Of a DNA stretch of 64,000 bases, positions 49,986-58,892 are shown one piece after another. The notes beneath the pieces were generated by a model. The model worked only from the letters and a program-made list of their open reading frames with translations. It made no database searches and was not told the origin of the DNA. Position 1 is the first letter of the stretch; each line of letters starts with the position of its first letter. Location: contig CBDDDZ010000005.1 in assembly GCA_965226795.1 (NCBI GenBank), positions 128,001 to 192,000 of the forward strand. Direction: 5' to 3'. The DNA is from Candidatus Latescibacterota bacterium (GTDB lineage Bacteria > Latescibacterota > UBA2968 > GCA-2709665). The translations under genes were made by a program, and so were the position numbers.

Positions 49986-50479
49986 ACCATGAGATCAAAT
50001 TGAACGTCAACGGCACGGTTTATCCCACGTCCCTGGAGCCGCGCAAGACGCTGCTGGCCGTGTTAAGGGATCGCCTCGGGTTGACCGGCACTAAAGAGGG
50101 ATGTTCGACAGGTGACTGCGGCGCCTGTACGGTACTGCTCGACGGTGAGCCCGTAACGTCCTGCCTTGTGCTGGCGGTTACCGCCGGCGGCCGGGAAATT
50201 ACAACGGTGGAAGGCATCGCGGACGTTGACGCTCTGCATCCGGTTCAGGAGGCGATGGTGAGTTTGGGAGGGCTGCAGTGTGGTTTTTGCACGCCAGGGT
50301 TCATTGTCTCGTCCTATGGGCTTCTGAAGAAGACCGCGGCGCCGTCTGAGGAGGAGATCCGGCGGGCGCTGGCCGGCAATCTCTGCCGGTGCACGGGGTA
50401 TACGAAAATCGTGGAGGCCGTGCAGGAGGCCGCGAAGCGAATGGCTGGAAAGAAGGGCCGGAAACGGGCTGCCGCATAA
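49982..50479 (+). CDS. xanthine dehydrogenase family 2Fe-2S subunit
   Basis: GCSTGDCGAC, QCGFCTPG, GNLCRCTGY. Confidence 0.95.
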   Translation: MNHEIKLNVNGTVYPTSLEPRKTLLAVLRDRLGLTGTKEGCSTGDCGACTVLLDGEPVTSCLVLAVTAGGREITTVEGIADVDALHPVQEAMVSLGGLQCGFCTPGFIVSSYGLLKKTAAPSEEEIRRALAGNLCRCTGYTKIVEAVQEAAKRMAGKKGRKRAAA

Positions 50480-50663
50480 GTGGACGGATTGTCCCAGATG
50501 AGTTCAGTATCGCCGAGCACGCCGTGTCGAATGACGCGGCGTCGTTCGATATCGGGGGGAACTGAGAGCGAAACGTCGCGGGGATAACAACCGGTTCCCG
50601 GTTTGTTGAAGATTCCGGAACGGATATCGCAGGCTGAATCGGAACAGGAGAGCCGAAGGGTCT

Positions 50664-51683
50664 ATGGCGAGGTTTAAGGCGGGCATCATCGGATGTGGAG
50701 GCCGTGGGCGTGCACATGCGCAGGGGTATGCCGCATCGTCTGAAGTCAAAATTGTGGCGTGCGCGGATCCCGTTGAGGGGGCCAGGCAGAACATGGCCGA
50801 CCAGTTCGACGTTTCGCGGACCTACGAGGACTATCGGGAAATGCTGGCGAGCGAGGATCTCGAATTCGTCAGCGTCTGTACCTGGATCGGAATGCATCGG
50901 GAAATGGTCGTGGCGGCAGCCGAAAGCGGCGCGCGCGCCGTCCACGCGGAGAAACCAATGGCCCCCACGTGGGGCGATGCGAAAGCGATGTGCCAGGCAT
51001 GCGTCGACCGTGACGTCACCATTACGTTCTGCCACCAGCGGCGTTTCGAGGCGCCTTTCACGAAGGCGAAATTCCTGGCGCACGAAGGTGCGATCGGGCA
51101 GCTGATGCGGGTGGAGGGCGCGTGTCCCAATCTGCTTGACTGGGGCACGCACTGGTTTGACATGTTTTTCTTTTACAATAACGACGAACCCGCGGAGTGG
51201 GTGCTCGGGCAGATCGACGCGTCGGAAAAACGGGAGATATTCGGCGTGGAAGTGGAGGCAGGCGGGGTGTCCTGGATTCGCTGGCGGAACGGATTGGAGG
51301 GGTTGCTGACAACCGGTGACGCCGAACTGCACGGCGTGTCGAACCGGCTGATCGGGACGGAGGGAATTATCGAAGTGGGGGGCGGGCGCGACAGGCCCCC
51401 TATCCGGATCATGCGCTCCGGCTCGGGCTGGGAGGTACCGGACCTGCCGGGGCCCCAGGTGAATCCAACCGTGCTCTCGGTGCTGGATCTCGTAGATTGC
51501 GTCAAGACGGGGTGCGAACCGGTGTTGAGCGGCCGGAAAGCATTGCAGGCGACGGAATTGATATTCGCAACCTATGAATCCAGCCGCCGCCGGGGTAGGG
51601 TGGATCTGCCCCTGGACGTGGACGATTCGGCGCTGTTGACAATGCTGAAAGACGGGATGATCGGGACGGAGAGACTTGAGTGA
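50664..51683 (+). CDS. Gfo/Idh/MocA oxidoreductase
   Basis: GIIGCGG, EKPM, DWGTH. Confidence 0.9.
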   Translation: MARFKAGIIGCGGRGRAHAQGYAASSEVKIVACADPVEGARQNMADQFDVSRTYEDYREMLASEDLEFVSVCTWIGMHREMVVAAAESGARAVHAEKPMAPTWGDAKAMCQACVDRDVTITFCHQRRFEAPFTKAKFLAHEGAIGQLMRVEGACPNLLDWGTHWFDMFFFYNNDEPAEWVLGQIDASEKREIFGVEVEAGGVSWIRWRNGLEGLLTTGDAELHGVSNRLIGTEGIIEVGGGRDRPPIRIMRSGSGWEVPDLPGPQVNPTVLSVLDLVDCVKTGCEPVLSGRKALQATELIFATYESSRRRGRVDLPLDVDDSALLTMLKDGMIGTERLE

Positions 51684-51780
51684 GGTTACGGGAAGCGGGC
51701 CCTTGGCCAGGAGCCGACCAGACAAGAATATCCGGAAACTTCGAGTGGCGGGATAAACCCGGGTCGACAAGGAGGATCCT

Positions 51781-52416
51781 TTGAGTTTTGAGGTGTATGA
51801 TTATCGGACGGATGTGGGCAACATGCTCGTCACGCCCCAGATCCGATCGCGTTTCGTGCGGATGGAACCGGGCGAAGCCGCGGCGTTGCACAGCCACGAC
51901 CTGGGCCATGAGATTTTTCTCGTGTTGGCCGGGCGGGCTGAGTTCAGGATCGACGGCGGAACTCGAGAGGTGGGCCCCGGGCAGTTGTGCGTGGCCCTGG
52001 CGGATGAGATCCACTCGGTGCGGACCGTGGGGGATGAGCCGATGACAATGTACCTTTCCGTCACCCCGCACATCCAGCCCACGCATACCGGGAGGACGGC
52101 CGACGGCGAGCGGATGCCCACCCGCTTTGCGCCTTCACAATCGTACGACGTGGAGCCGGACGACAAGCCTTCGATGGGGGAGGTGGTCGATCTCAATCTG
52201 GAGGCGGCTCGCGCCCTGGCGCAAGATGCAGAGGCCCTTGTGCGGGTGCAGGAGGACGCGGCGGATCGCCTTAAGGGAGACACCAGGAAGGATGCCGCCG
52301 TCGAGGCGAGGGAGGCGGTGTGGCGGTCCCTATACAAGGTGTTCAGACAGGCGTACGATCTTGCGGACGGATGGAACGCTCTGGCGGATCGTATCGAACG
52401 GTTGCCGGACGCTTAG
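51781..52416 (+). CDS. cupin domain protein
   Basis: HSHDLGHEIF...H cupin metal motif. Confidence 0.85.
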   Translation: MSFEVYDYRTDVGNMLVTPQIRSRFVRMEPGEAAALHSHDLGHEIFLVLAGRAEFRIDGGTREVGPGQLCVALADEIHSVRTVGDEPMTMYLSVTPHIQPTHTGRTADGERMPTRFAPSQSYDVEPDDKPSMGEVVDLNLEAARALAQDAEALVRVQEDAADRLKGDTRKDAAVEAREAVWRSLYKVFRQAYDLADGWNALADRIERLPDA

Positions 52417-52488
52417 GAACCGGTGGGTTGGATTCGCCTTGATCTTTTTCGGGCTCCCGATCCGGAACACAAAGGCAGGGGAAATTCG

Positions 52489-53580
52489 ATGGCTCCCGTC
52501 AAGCTGGGTGTTGTGGGATGCGGCGCAATCGCGCAGGTGCAGCACTTGCCGAATCTGGCGGGGCTGAGGAACGAGTTCGAGGTCACGACCGTATGCGATC
52601 TGTCGCCCGGATTGGCTGACTGGACCGCGAAAACATTCCATGTGCCCGCGTCGGTGACGGATTTTCGCAGGCTTGTCACGTCGGACGACGTGGAGGCGGT
52701 GCTCCTGTGCCATTCAGACCCGAAGACCGAAGCGGCCGTGGCCGCGCTGGACGCGGGCAAACATGTGTTCATTGAAAAGCCGGTCTGCTTTTCGCTCAGG
52801 GAGGCGGATGCGATCGCTCGGGCGGCCGAAGGGACCGGCGTTGTGGCGCAGGCGGGTTACATGAAGGTGTACGATCCGGCGTTCGAGACCGCGAAAGCCG
52901 ATGTGGACGGGATGTCGGATATCCGCTTTGTTCAGGTGAACCATCTGCACCCGGACAACCGGCTACACCTGCAACAATACAGGCTGAAGCGGTTTGACGA
53001 TCTGCCGGCCGGCCCCGTGGCGGAGACGCGTGCAGCCAGGGAGGCGGCGGTACTTGAGGCGATAGGTGAGGCCCCCGAAGACGCGGTTCGTGCTTTTTTT
53101 ACGCTTTCAGGAAGCATGATCCATGATTTGTACTGTCTCCGGGCGATGCTGGGGATGCCGGAGTCGGTGATCAGCACGGAGGTGTGGAACGAGGGGCGGG
53201 CGATTTCGACAGTACTGTCTTACTGCAACGGCGCGCGCTGCGTCGCATCCTGGGTCGACCTGCCTGAGCTCTGGGATTTCAAGGAGACGCTGGAAGTGTA
53301 CGGCGGCAACCGACGCGTGCTGGTTTCCTATCCGACGGGTTTCGCCAGGGGGATTCTGTCCACGGTCGTCGTGTACGAGATAAACGCCGGGGGCGAGACG
53401 TCCATCCGGCGGCCGGCGGTTGCATGGGAAAGCCCCTTTGTGCGGGAACTGCGCCACTTCCATTCATGTATTATCGGGCAGGGCTCCTGCCGGACACCCG
53501 TGGTTGAGGCGCGGGAGGATATCAGGTTGATCATCGACATCACACGGTCGTTTATGGAACGCCGCCCGATAACAACGTAG
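52489..53580 (+). CDS. Gfo/Idh/MocA oxidoreductase
   Basis: GVVGCGAI, AGKHVFIEKP. Confidence 0.9.
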   Translation: MAPVKLGVVGCGAIAQVQHLPNLAGLRNEFEVTTVCDLSPGLADWTAKTFHVPASVTDFRRLVTSDDVEAVLLCHSDPKTEAAVAALDAGKHVFIEKPVCFSLREADAIARAAEGTGVVAQAGYMKVYDPAFETAKADVDGMSDIRFVQVNHLHPDNRLHLQQYRLKRFDDLPAGPVAETRAAREAAVLEAIGEAPEDAVRAFFTLSGSMIHDLYCLRAMLGMPESVISTEVWNEGRAISTVLSYCNGARCVASWVDLPELWDFKETLEVYGGNRRVLVSYPTGFARGILSTVVVYEINAGGETSIRRPAVAWESPFVRELRHFHSCIIGQGSCRTPVVEAREDIRLIIDITRSFMERRPITT

Positions 53581-53604
53581 TGGCGAGACACACAATAACG
53601 AGAC

Positions 53605-53641
53605 AAGGGCCCGGGAAGATCGAAGCGGGCCCTTTCGTTTT
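53605..53641 (+). terminator. probable intrinsic terminator
   Basis: aagggcccg...cgggccctt stem followed by a T-rich tract, between convergent genes. Confidence 0.55.
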
Positions 53642-53708
53642 GTCCACTTACGGAAGCAGTCGAAACCGATTCTTTAGATGACCCGGATGCCTGCGCATCA
53701 AGGTGTTG

Positions 53709-54668
53709 CTATTGCCGACCATCCGAAACCGGGTAGAGCGTCAGCCTGGCTTTCCTCCCCCCGCCTTCATCGGCGACAATCAACGTGCCGTCCGCAGCGA
53801 AGGTAATTCCTTCAACCTGACGATGCCACTGCGCCGGAAACTTCCTGACGGCAACGACGCGCCCGGCCGGCGTAATTTCCGCAATGGCCCCCTGCCGGGC
53901 AGCTATTACGTAATAGTTCCCCGACACCGGATGCCGTTCGATTCCCGACGGATGAAATTTTCGTCCGCTGATGTGTCGAGAGAATTCAGCGACAGGGATT
54001 ACGAGACGTACATCACCATTCAGCTGTTTTTTGTCAATTGACCACTGGTATATTGCCAGCTGTCCTTCCATTTCCAGACTGCGAGAGTCCTTGCACATCA
54101 GTAAGAGTCCCCGCTGGCTCCGGTCATACGTCAAGCCCTCTATTTCGCAATCTCTGCCCACCCCGGTCGTGTAGACATTAAAGAGAACGGACTCGCCGGA
54201 AGTTCCCTCACGAAACTCGTATAGCCGTCCTGAACTTGTGACCATGAAGATCTTGTCGTCAGTTGCGGCAATGCCCTCGAAATCACCGGCAACCGGGTAA
54301 TTCAAGTCCGCCAGTTGGAATGCTTTTTGGATTGACCCGTTCTGATAATCGATCTCGAAAACGATCGCTCTTTCGTCGTTGTGCGCCAGGAGCCGGTTGT
54401 CTCCGGTCATTGCCAGACCGGAGATCTCCTCGAGAGGCCCGGGGAGCTTCCAGTGCGTCGCGGTTTCGGGGTTCAGACTATAGCTTTCGAGAGATATTCT
54501 CGTTTTCGGTGCCGCCACAGAGAGGACGATCGAAGTGTCCTGATCTGAATTTGGCGGATCTCCAATGAAATCTGCGGATGCATCCCTTCCGAATCCCATC
54601 GAGATCAGGTAAAGAAGAATGCCGAAAATGAGGAAGTCCAGCGGGGATCTGTCTTTGTGATTGTTCAT
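53709..54668 (-). CDS. SdiA-regulated / phytase-like beta-propeller, exported
   Basis: EISGL, HNDE, DFEGI, EIEGL, QVEGITF repeats; N-terminal signal/TM segment. Confidence 0.75.
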   Translation of the reverse strand: MNNHKDRSPLDFLIFGILLYLISMGFGRDASADFIGDPPNSDQDTSIVLSVAAPKTRISLESYSLNPETATHWKLPGPLEEISGLAMTGDNRLLAHNDERAIVFEIDYQNGSIQKAFQLADLNYPVAGDFEGIAATDDKIFMVTSSGRLYEFREGTSGESVLFNVYTTGVGRDCEIEGLTYDRSQRGLLLMCKDSRSLEMEGQLAIYQWSIDKKQLNGDVRLVIPVAEFSRHISGRKFHPSGIERHPVSGNYYVIAARQGAIAEITPAGRVVAVRKFPAQWHRQVEGITFAADGTLIVADEGGGRKARLTLYPVSDGRQ

Positions 54669-54751
54669 CTTCGATAAGACCGTAATGGGTTCTTTTTCAG
54701 TTCGTGCCCGCCTTAACTTCCCTGGTATGCGGAAGGTCTTGAGATTACGGG

Positions 54752-55690
54752 TTACAAACTCTGATCTGTATTAACTCCTGTCAGTTCGACGTCTATTATA
54801 CGCTTTTTCCCTCTCTTCTCTATATCCCGGACAAGAGAGGGCAGATCGACGGATCGTTTCGAAGAAACATCATACACAACCACGACCGAACCATCGTCTT
54901 TTTCGATTACTTCCGCTACCTTCCACTTTATGCTACCGGAGTTACGGGTCGGGTCTGCTGCTTTTTGCGCTGCATTGACGTTCGTTGCATGCACGGCTAT
55001 CCGGCAATCACAGGAATTCCCGTTGGCATTATCCTCTAATTCGGAGGTTCCGACCGATTTCCTCGGCGAGACGATTCTCCAGCCGGAAACTACAGGAGGT
55101 CGTGCTCCATAGTTGGTTTTCCACACGCCCAGTGTTATGGTTACGAAAGCCAACGATGCGAGGTAGGCCACCGTCGTAAGCTGGGTGCCGGCGGCCAGCC
55201 CGATGCCGATGACCATAAACATGTACACGGCATCCATCGTTGCTTTGAGGGAGATCCGAAAACTGACGGCGGCCACGATGCCCGCCAGGCTGAACGCAAG
55301 GGCAAGACTGCCTTTAACCAGGAAAACAACCAGCGAAATGGCGACGGGCATCATGAGCAGCGTGTGTAAAAAGGACTGACTGTAATTTTTGGGCGAATTC
55401 GTCCACGCATATACCCAGGTAATCGGTAGCGTAACCGCGAAGGCCAGTACCAGAGCGACCACAACCGGAATCGTGTGAGCCGGATCCGCAAGTCGATTTA
55501 TTCCTTCTTTGATGTTTCCGAGAGGAATGCCAGCGTCAATTCCGGAGTCGAGGGATTTTCCTATGAATATGCGCTCCCTCTCCTGGGCGACGTAATGGAG
55601 AATTTGGGGATAGAAGTGAAAAATCGAATTGAGAATCACAAGCCAGGTGATATAGTAAAAGAGCAGACGTACGATGATGTTGTTGAACAT
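54752..55690 (-). CDS. DUF4956 family membrane protein
   Basis: SLALAFSLAGIVAAVSFR...DAVYMF..IGIGLAAG. Confidence 0.8.
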   Translation of the reverse strand: MFNNIIVRLLFYYITWLVILNSIFHFYPQILHYVAQERERIFIGKSLDSGIDAGIPLGNIKEGINRLADPAHTIPVVVALVLAFAVTLPITWVYAWTNSPKNYSQSFLHTLLMMPVAISLVVFLVKGSLALAFSLAGIVAAVSFRISLKATMDAVYMFMVIGIGLAAGTQLTTVAYLASLAFVTITLGVWKTNYGARPPVVSGWRIVSPRKSVGTSELEDNANGNSCDCRIAVHATNVNAAQKAADPTRNSGSIKWKVAEVIEKDDGSVVVVYDVSSKRSVDLPSLVRDIEKRGKKRIIDVELTGVNTDQSL

Positions 55691-55956
55691 AGCATCCTCC
55701 TTCACTGGCTAGTCCTGTATCCCACATAGAGATTTACGTATTCGTTCGAAATTCCAGAGGATCGATCTTGCGGTTGCAGTCAAGTCGAATGGCCCGATCT
55801 TCTCGTAGTAGCTATCGGCAAAGGTTCGGATTCCGTTCGCGAGTTCCTGGACGGATCCGGAGGAGCCGCTTGAAAACAACATACAATGTTGCCAGGCAAT
55901 ATAAGCTTGTTGAATTGTATGGCATTCGAGCAGAATTCGGGTTCTCCGGCAGGCTC

Positions 55957-56071
55957 CTCGTGTTCTGTACCGGAAATAGATTGCCGAAATTCGGCCGCCG
56001 AGCGAGGGCAACGCAGCGAGACGAGATGAACCGGCGGATGAATGGTGACATATTTCTGGGACGGGACACTA
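55957..56071. mobile_element. MITE-like element (homolog of 38763-38900)
   Basis: tcgtgttctgtaccggaaata...tatttctgggacgggacacta; the right end overlaps the TAG stop of the Omp85 gene. Confidence 0.7.
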
Positions 56072-58789
56072 AAACATGAAGCCACCACGAAGGTATACGC
56101 CCATCAGATCTTCGCCCTTTGCGACTGCCAGACTCAAGGTCTGACGTCGCTTGAGGTTGGACAACCAGATTCCACCTCCGAAACTGGTGTGCCATTTTGG
56201 TGTATCGACTGAATCTCCATCATAAAACACCCGGCCGGCATCAGCTGTACCGAACAAGCCGAACTCTCCCAGCGTTAATGTCTTGACTCTGGCCAGAACC
56301 AGCCGCAATTCGGAATTCACATACAGGGAGGTATCTCCGGCGAACCGGTTTTTCCTGAAGCCGCGTAAATTGCCGCTGGATATGCCAGTCCCTACAACAC
56401 CGGTCCCGCCCAGAAACGCGCTCTCGTAGAAAGGAAAGGCCCCCCACACCTTCTTGCCACCCGCTCTTACGGCAAGGGTCGGGTTCGTTGGAATCGGAGC
56501 AGTCAGGTAAGTGCTGGCTTCCAAATCTACATTTCCAAAGGTCGATTCCATAGTCCGGATTCCCGGGTAGATGGCTCCGGCAGCCCTGACCCGAATCCCT
56601 CGGGTAGTGTACCCCGGGTTGTTACGCGTATCGTAGCTCATTTCTCCCCGTGCGCCTACCTGACCGAAGGAACCCGTACCGTACAACCGGTGATCGAGAG
56701 AACCGATAAATTTCCCCTTATTGGACATGAGCGGTATATCTGAATACTTTATGATCGGCCCGAAGTCAATGTTTAATTTCGAGCGAAGCGATTCCATGCC
56801 AGCATCGGGCACATCTCCCTTATGCTCTTTCGCTCGAAACTCCAGGGCCGGCGCGAAAACGAAGAGCCTTTGCTCCAGCTTATAGAAGGAAGTCGCCTGC
56901 GAAATCTCCGTATTGTTTCCGAATCCGTTGAACCGCAGCAACTGGATTCCGGAGTACTCGAAGTGGATCCTCACGTCGAAGGCGTGCACCGGCTGGCGAT
57001 AGTTTCCGGTATAGGAAACAAACGGCTTGAGACTCTTGAACCCATTCAGTGCCGCCAGCCCGACGGTAAATTTGTGTTGAGAAGAGAACGGGTTTTTCCG
57101 ATAACCGTAGTAGTGCCGGATATGATGTACTCCCGCATACACGTGCAGATCCGGATTGGTCATTAAAATAGGTAGATTCAAAACCCGCTTGCCCCAATCC
57201 AGTGCATACCTGGCATTCGGCGTATGCGATCCGGCAGGCCGCTTGTAAGAACGCTCGACGATCCCCGCTCCATTGCCCGTGACGAACCGATTCATTCCAC
57301 GTGAATCATAAAACCTGGTTTTTGAGGCACCGGCCAGGGATAAGTTCGTGAGCGTGTCATCCCCACCTCCACCATCGATGCGTACGACAATCCGCCCCCT
57401 GGTTCCGGAAATTTCCGCACGGTCATCTCCCCTCCCGAGGTGTATCCGGATTTCCCGGGTTTCTTTGTGATGAAACGTCCGTTGGAACCAGGGCGCCTTC
57501 CTTTTTCCGCCAGTGCCTTCCATCAGGCCGATACGGACTACGAGATCACCGCTCGGCAGGTGCTCGCACTGGACGTACTCGTCCTGATCTGTTGCCTGGA
57601 TTTCGGCTTCGCGGGTAATTAATTCATAGTATCTGGCTGTAAATTCAGACAAAGTATTCCGCCTCGATTTGAGGGCTTCGGCAAGGGTCTTCCCGACCAT
57701 CTTGTAATACGGAGGCGGCAGCTTCCTCACGGCGTTCTCGATGACCGGGTCGGGTAGACTCGCGCGAAAAGCCGTTACTACCGAATCCCACGCTGCCTTG
57801 TTGAGTTCGACCAGAAATTCGCGGTCTATTTCCCAACCAGTCGTCGTGAGGCCGATTAAACTGGGATACGTCTCCTGAAACTGGATTTGTATGGGAAATA
57901 GTTGCCGCGCTATCGCCATGGCAAGCCCTTCGAAGTGGATAAAGGCCTGGTCGCGATCCTCGGGTATCGGGAGCCAGCTATGACAATTGCCGTCAGGAAA
58001 CCGCGCCCATCTCCACTGACCGTAATGACGGTCCTTGTCGTTGATGAGAAAATCCATCAGTCTCGCTTTTAGAAAGGCACGGGCATTCACGCGGTTGCGG
58101 GGGCTTTTTTCCAGGTGTTTCCTCAGCTTGTCCGTTCCACTGACCTTCCGGGAACCGGCAAAGCCGGGGGAATCGTCCACCCCTTCGGACGGGTGTTCCT
58201 GCAGCGTTCCTATCAGGCCGGCAAACTCCCGTCGGTACACTTTAAGCCTGGGATCGTCCGGTATCACTACGAGCGTATGCCTGGAATGGAGGATACCGGC
58301 GGCCTTCATCAGCGGATCGACCACGAGCGCTCCTGTTGGCAGCATCGCACAGATCAGATCCTGAAGGACTTCGCCCACGAACGTATTCGCGATTTCGTCC
58401 GGGACCCTTCTGGTCGCATCCTTATCCAGCGAACGCACTGTATACCTGCGGCCGTCTTTCCCTGTAAAGTGAAGAGAGATGGATTGTCCGAAGCCGCCGG
58501 TGCGCAGCGGCGTCAGGCCGCCACCTACGGCGTCGAGATCCAGGACTGCAACCTCGATAGGGGTGTTCCAGAGGTCCCGGTAATTGCTGCCGTAGAGCCA
58601 GCGTTTGAATCCGCCGGCTCTGAATCTTTCCCCGGGAATCACCAGATGAGTCCGGGCGCCCTTCGGAGGAATGGATCGCTGAATCATGGACCCCGGAGCC
58701 GGTGAACTCTTTTGAGGTGTGGATTCTGCGGGAACGGAAAAAGCGAGCACTATCAGGAGCAGAACCGGGTTCCGTCTGGAAAACATCAT
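56069..58789 (-). CDS. Omp85/BamA-like outer membrane protein with a kinase-like N-terminal domain
   Basis: signal peptide; DKDRHYGQWRW...EDRDQAF; LRGFRKNRFAG Omp85 loop motif; C-terminal Phe. Confidence 0.75.
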   Translation of the reverse strand: MMFSRRNPVLLLIVLAFSVPAESTPQKSSPAPGSMIQRSIPPKGARTHLVIPGERFRAGGFKRWLYGSNYRDLWNTPIEVAVLDLDAVGGGLTPLRTGGFGQSISLHFTGKDGRRYTVRSLDKDATRRVPDEIANTFVGEVLQDLICAMLPTGALVVDPLMKAAGILHSRHTLVVIPDDPRLKVYRREFAGLIGTLQEHPSEGVDDSPGFAGSRKVSGTDKLRKHLEKSPRNRVNARAFLKARLMDFLINDKDRHYGQWRWARFPDGNCHSWLPIPEDRDQAFIHFEGLAMAIARQLFPIQIQFQETYPSLIGLTTTGWEIDREFLVELNKAAWDSVVTAFRASLPDPVIENAVRKLPPPYYKMVGKTLAEALKSRRNTLSEFTARYYELITREAEIQATDQDEYVQCEHLPSGDLVVRIGLMEGTGGKRKAPWFQRTFHHKETREIRIHLGRGDDRAEISGTRGRIVVRIDGGGGDDTLTNLSLAGASKTRFYDSRGMNRFVTGNGAGIVERSYKRPAGSHTPNARYALDWGKRVLNLPILMTNPDLHVYAGVHHIRHYYGYRKNPFSSQHKFTVGLAALNGFKSLKPFVSYTGNYRQPVHAFDVRIHFEYSGIQLLRFNGFGNNTEISQATSFYKLEQRLFVFAPALEFRAKEHKGDVPDAGMESLRSKLNIDFGPIIKYSDIPLMSNKGKFIGSLDHRLYGTGSFGQVGARGEMSYDTRNNPGYTTRGIRVRAAGAIYPGIRTMESTFGNVDLEASTYLTAPIPTNPTLAVRAGGKKVWGAFPFYESAFLGGTGVVGTGISSGNLRGFRKNRFAGDTSLYVNSELRLVLARVKTLTLGEFGLFGTADAGRVFYDGDSVDTPKWHTSFGGGIWLSNLKRRQTLSLAVAKGEDLMGVYLRGGFMF

Positions 58790-58892
58790 TGTTGTCCTTA
58801 TCGCTTCCGGAGATCTTGAGAACCTGAAATCGGACAGACGAATTCGCTTCTGCAACACTTCAACATGCAACTATCAGTAGTTATCCTGCACA

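Noticed and set aside
46881..50479. Aerobic CO dehydrogenase (coxLMS)
   Set aside because: Lacks the AYxCSFR motif, and the gene order is L-M-S
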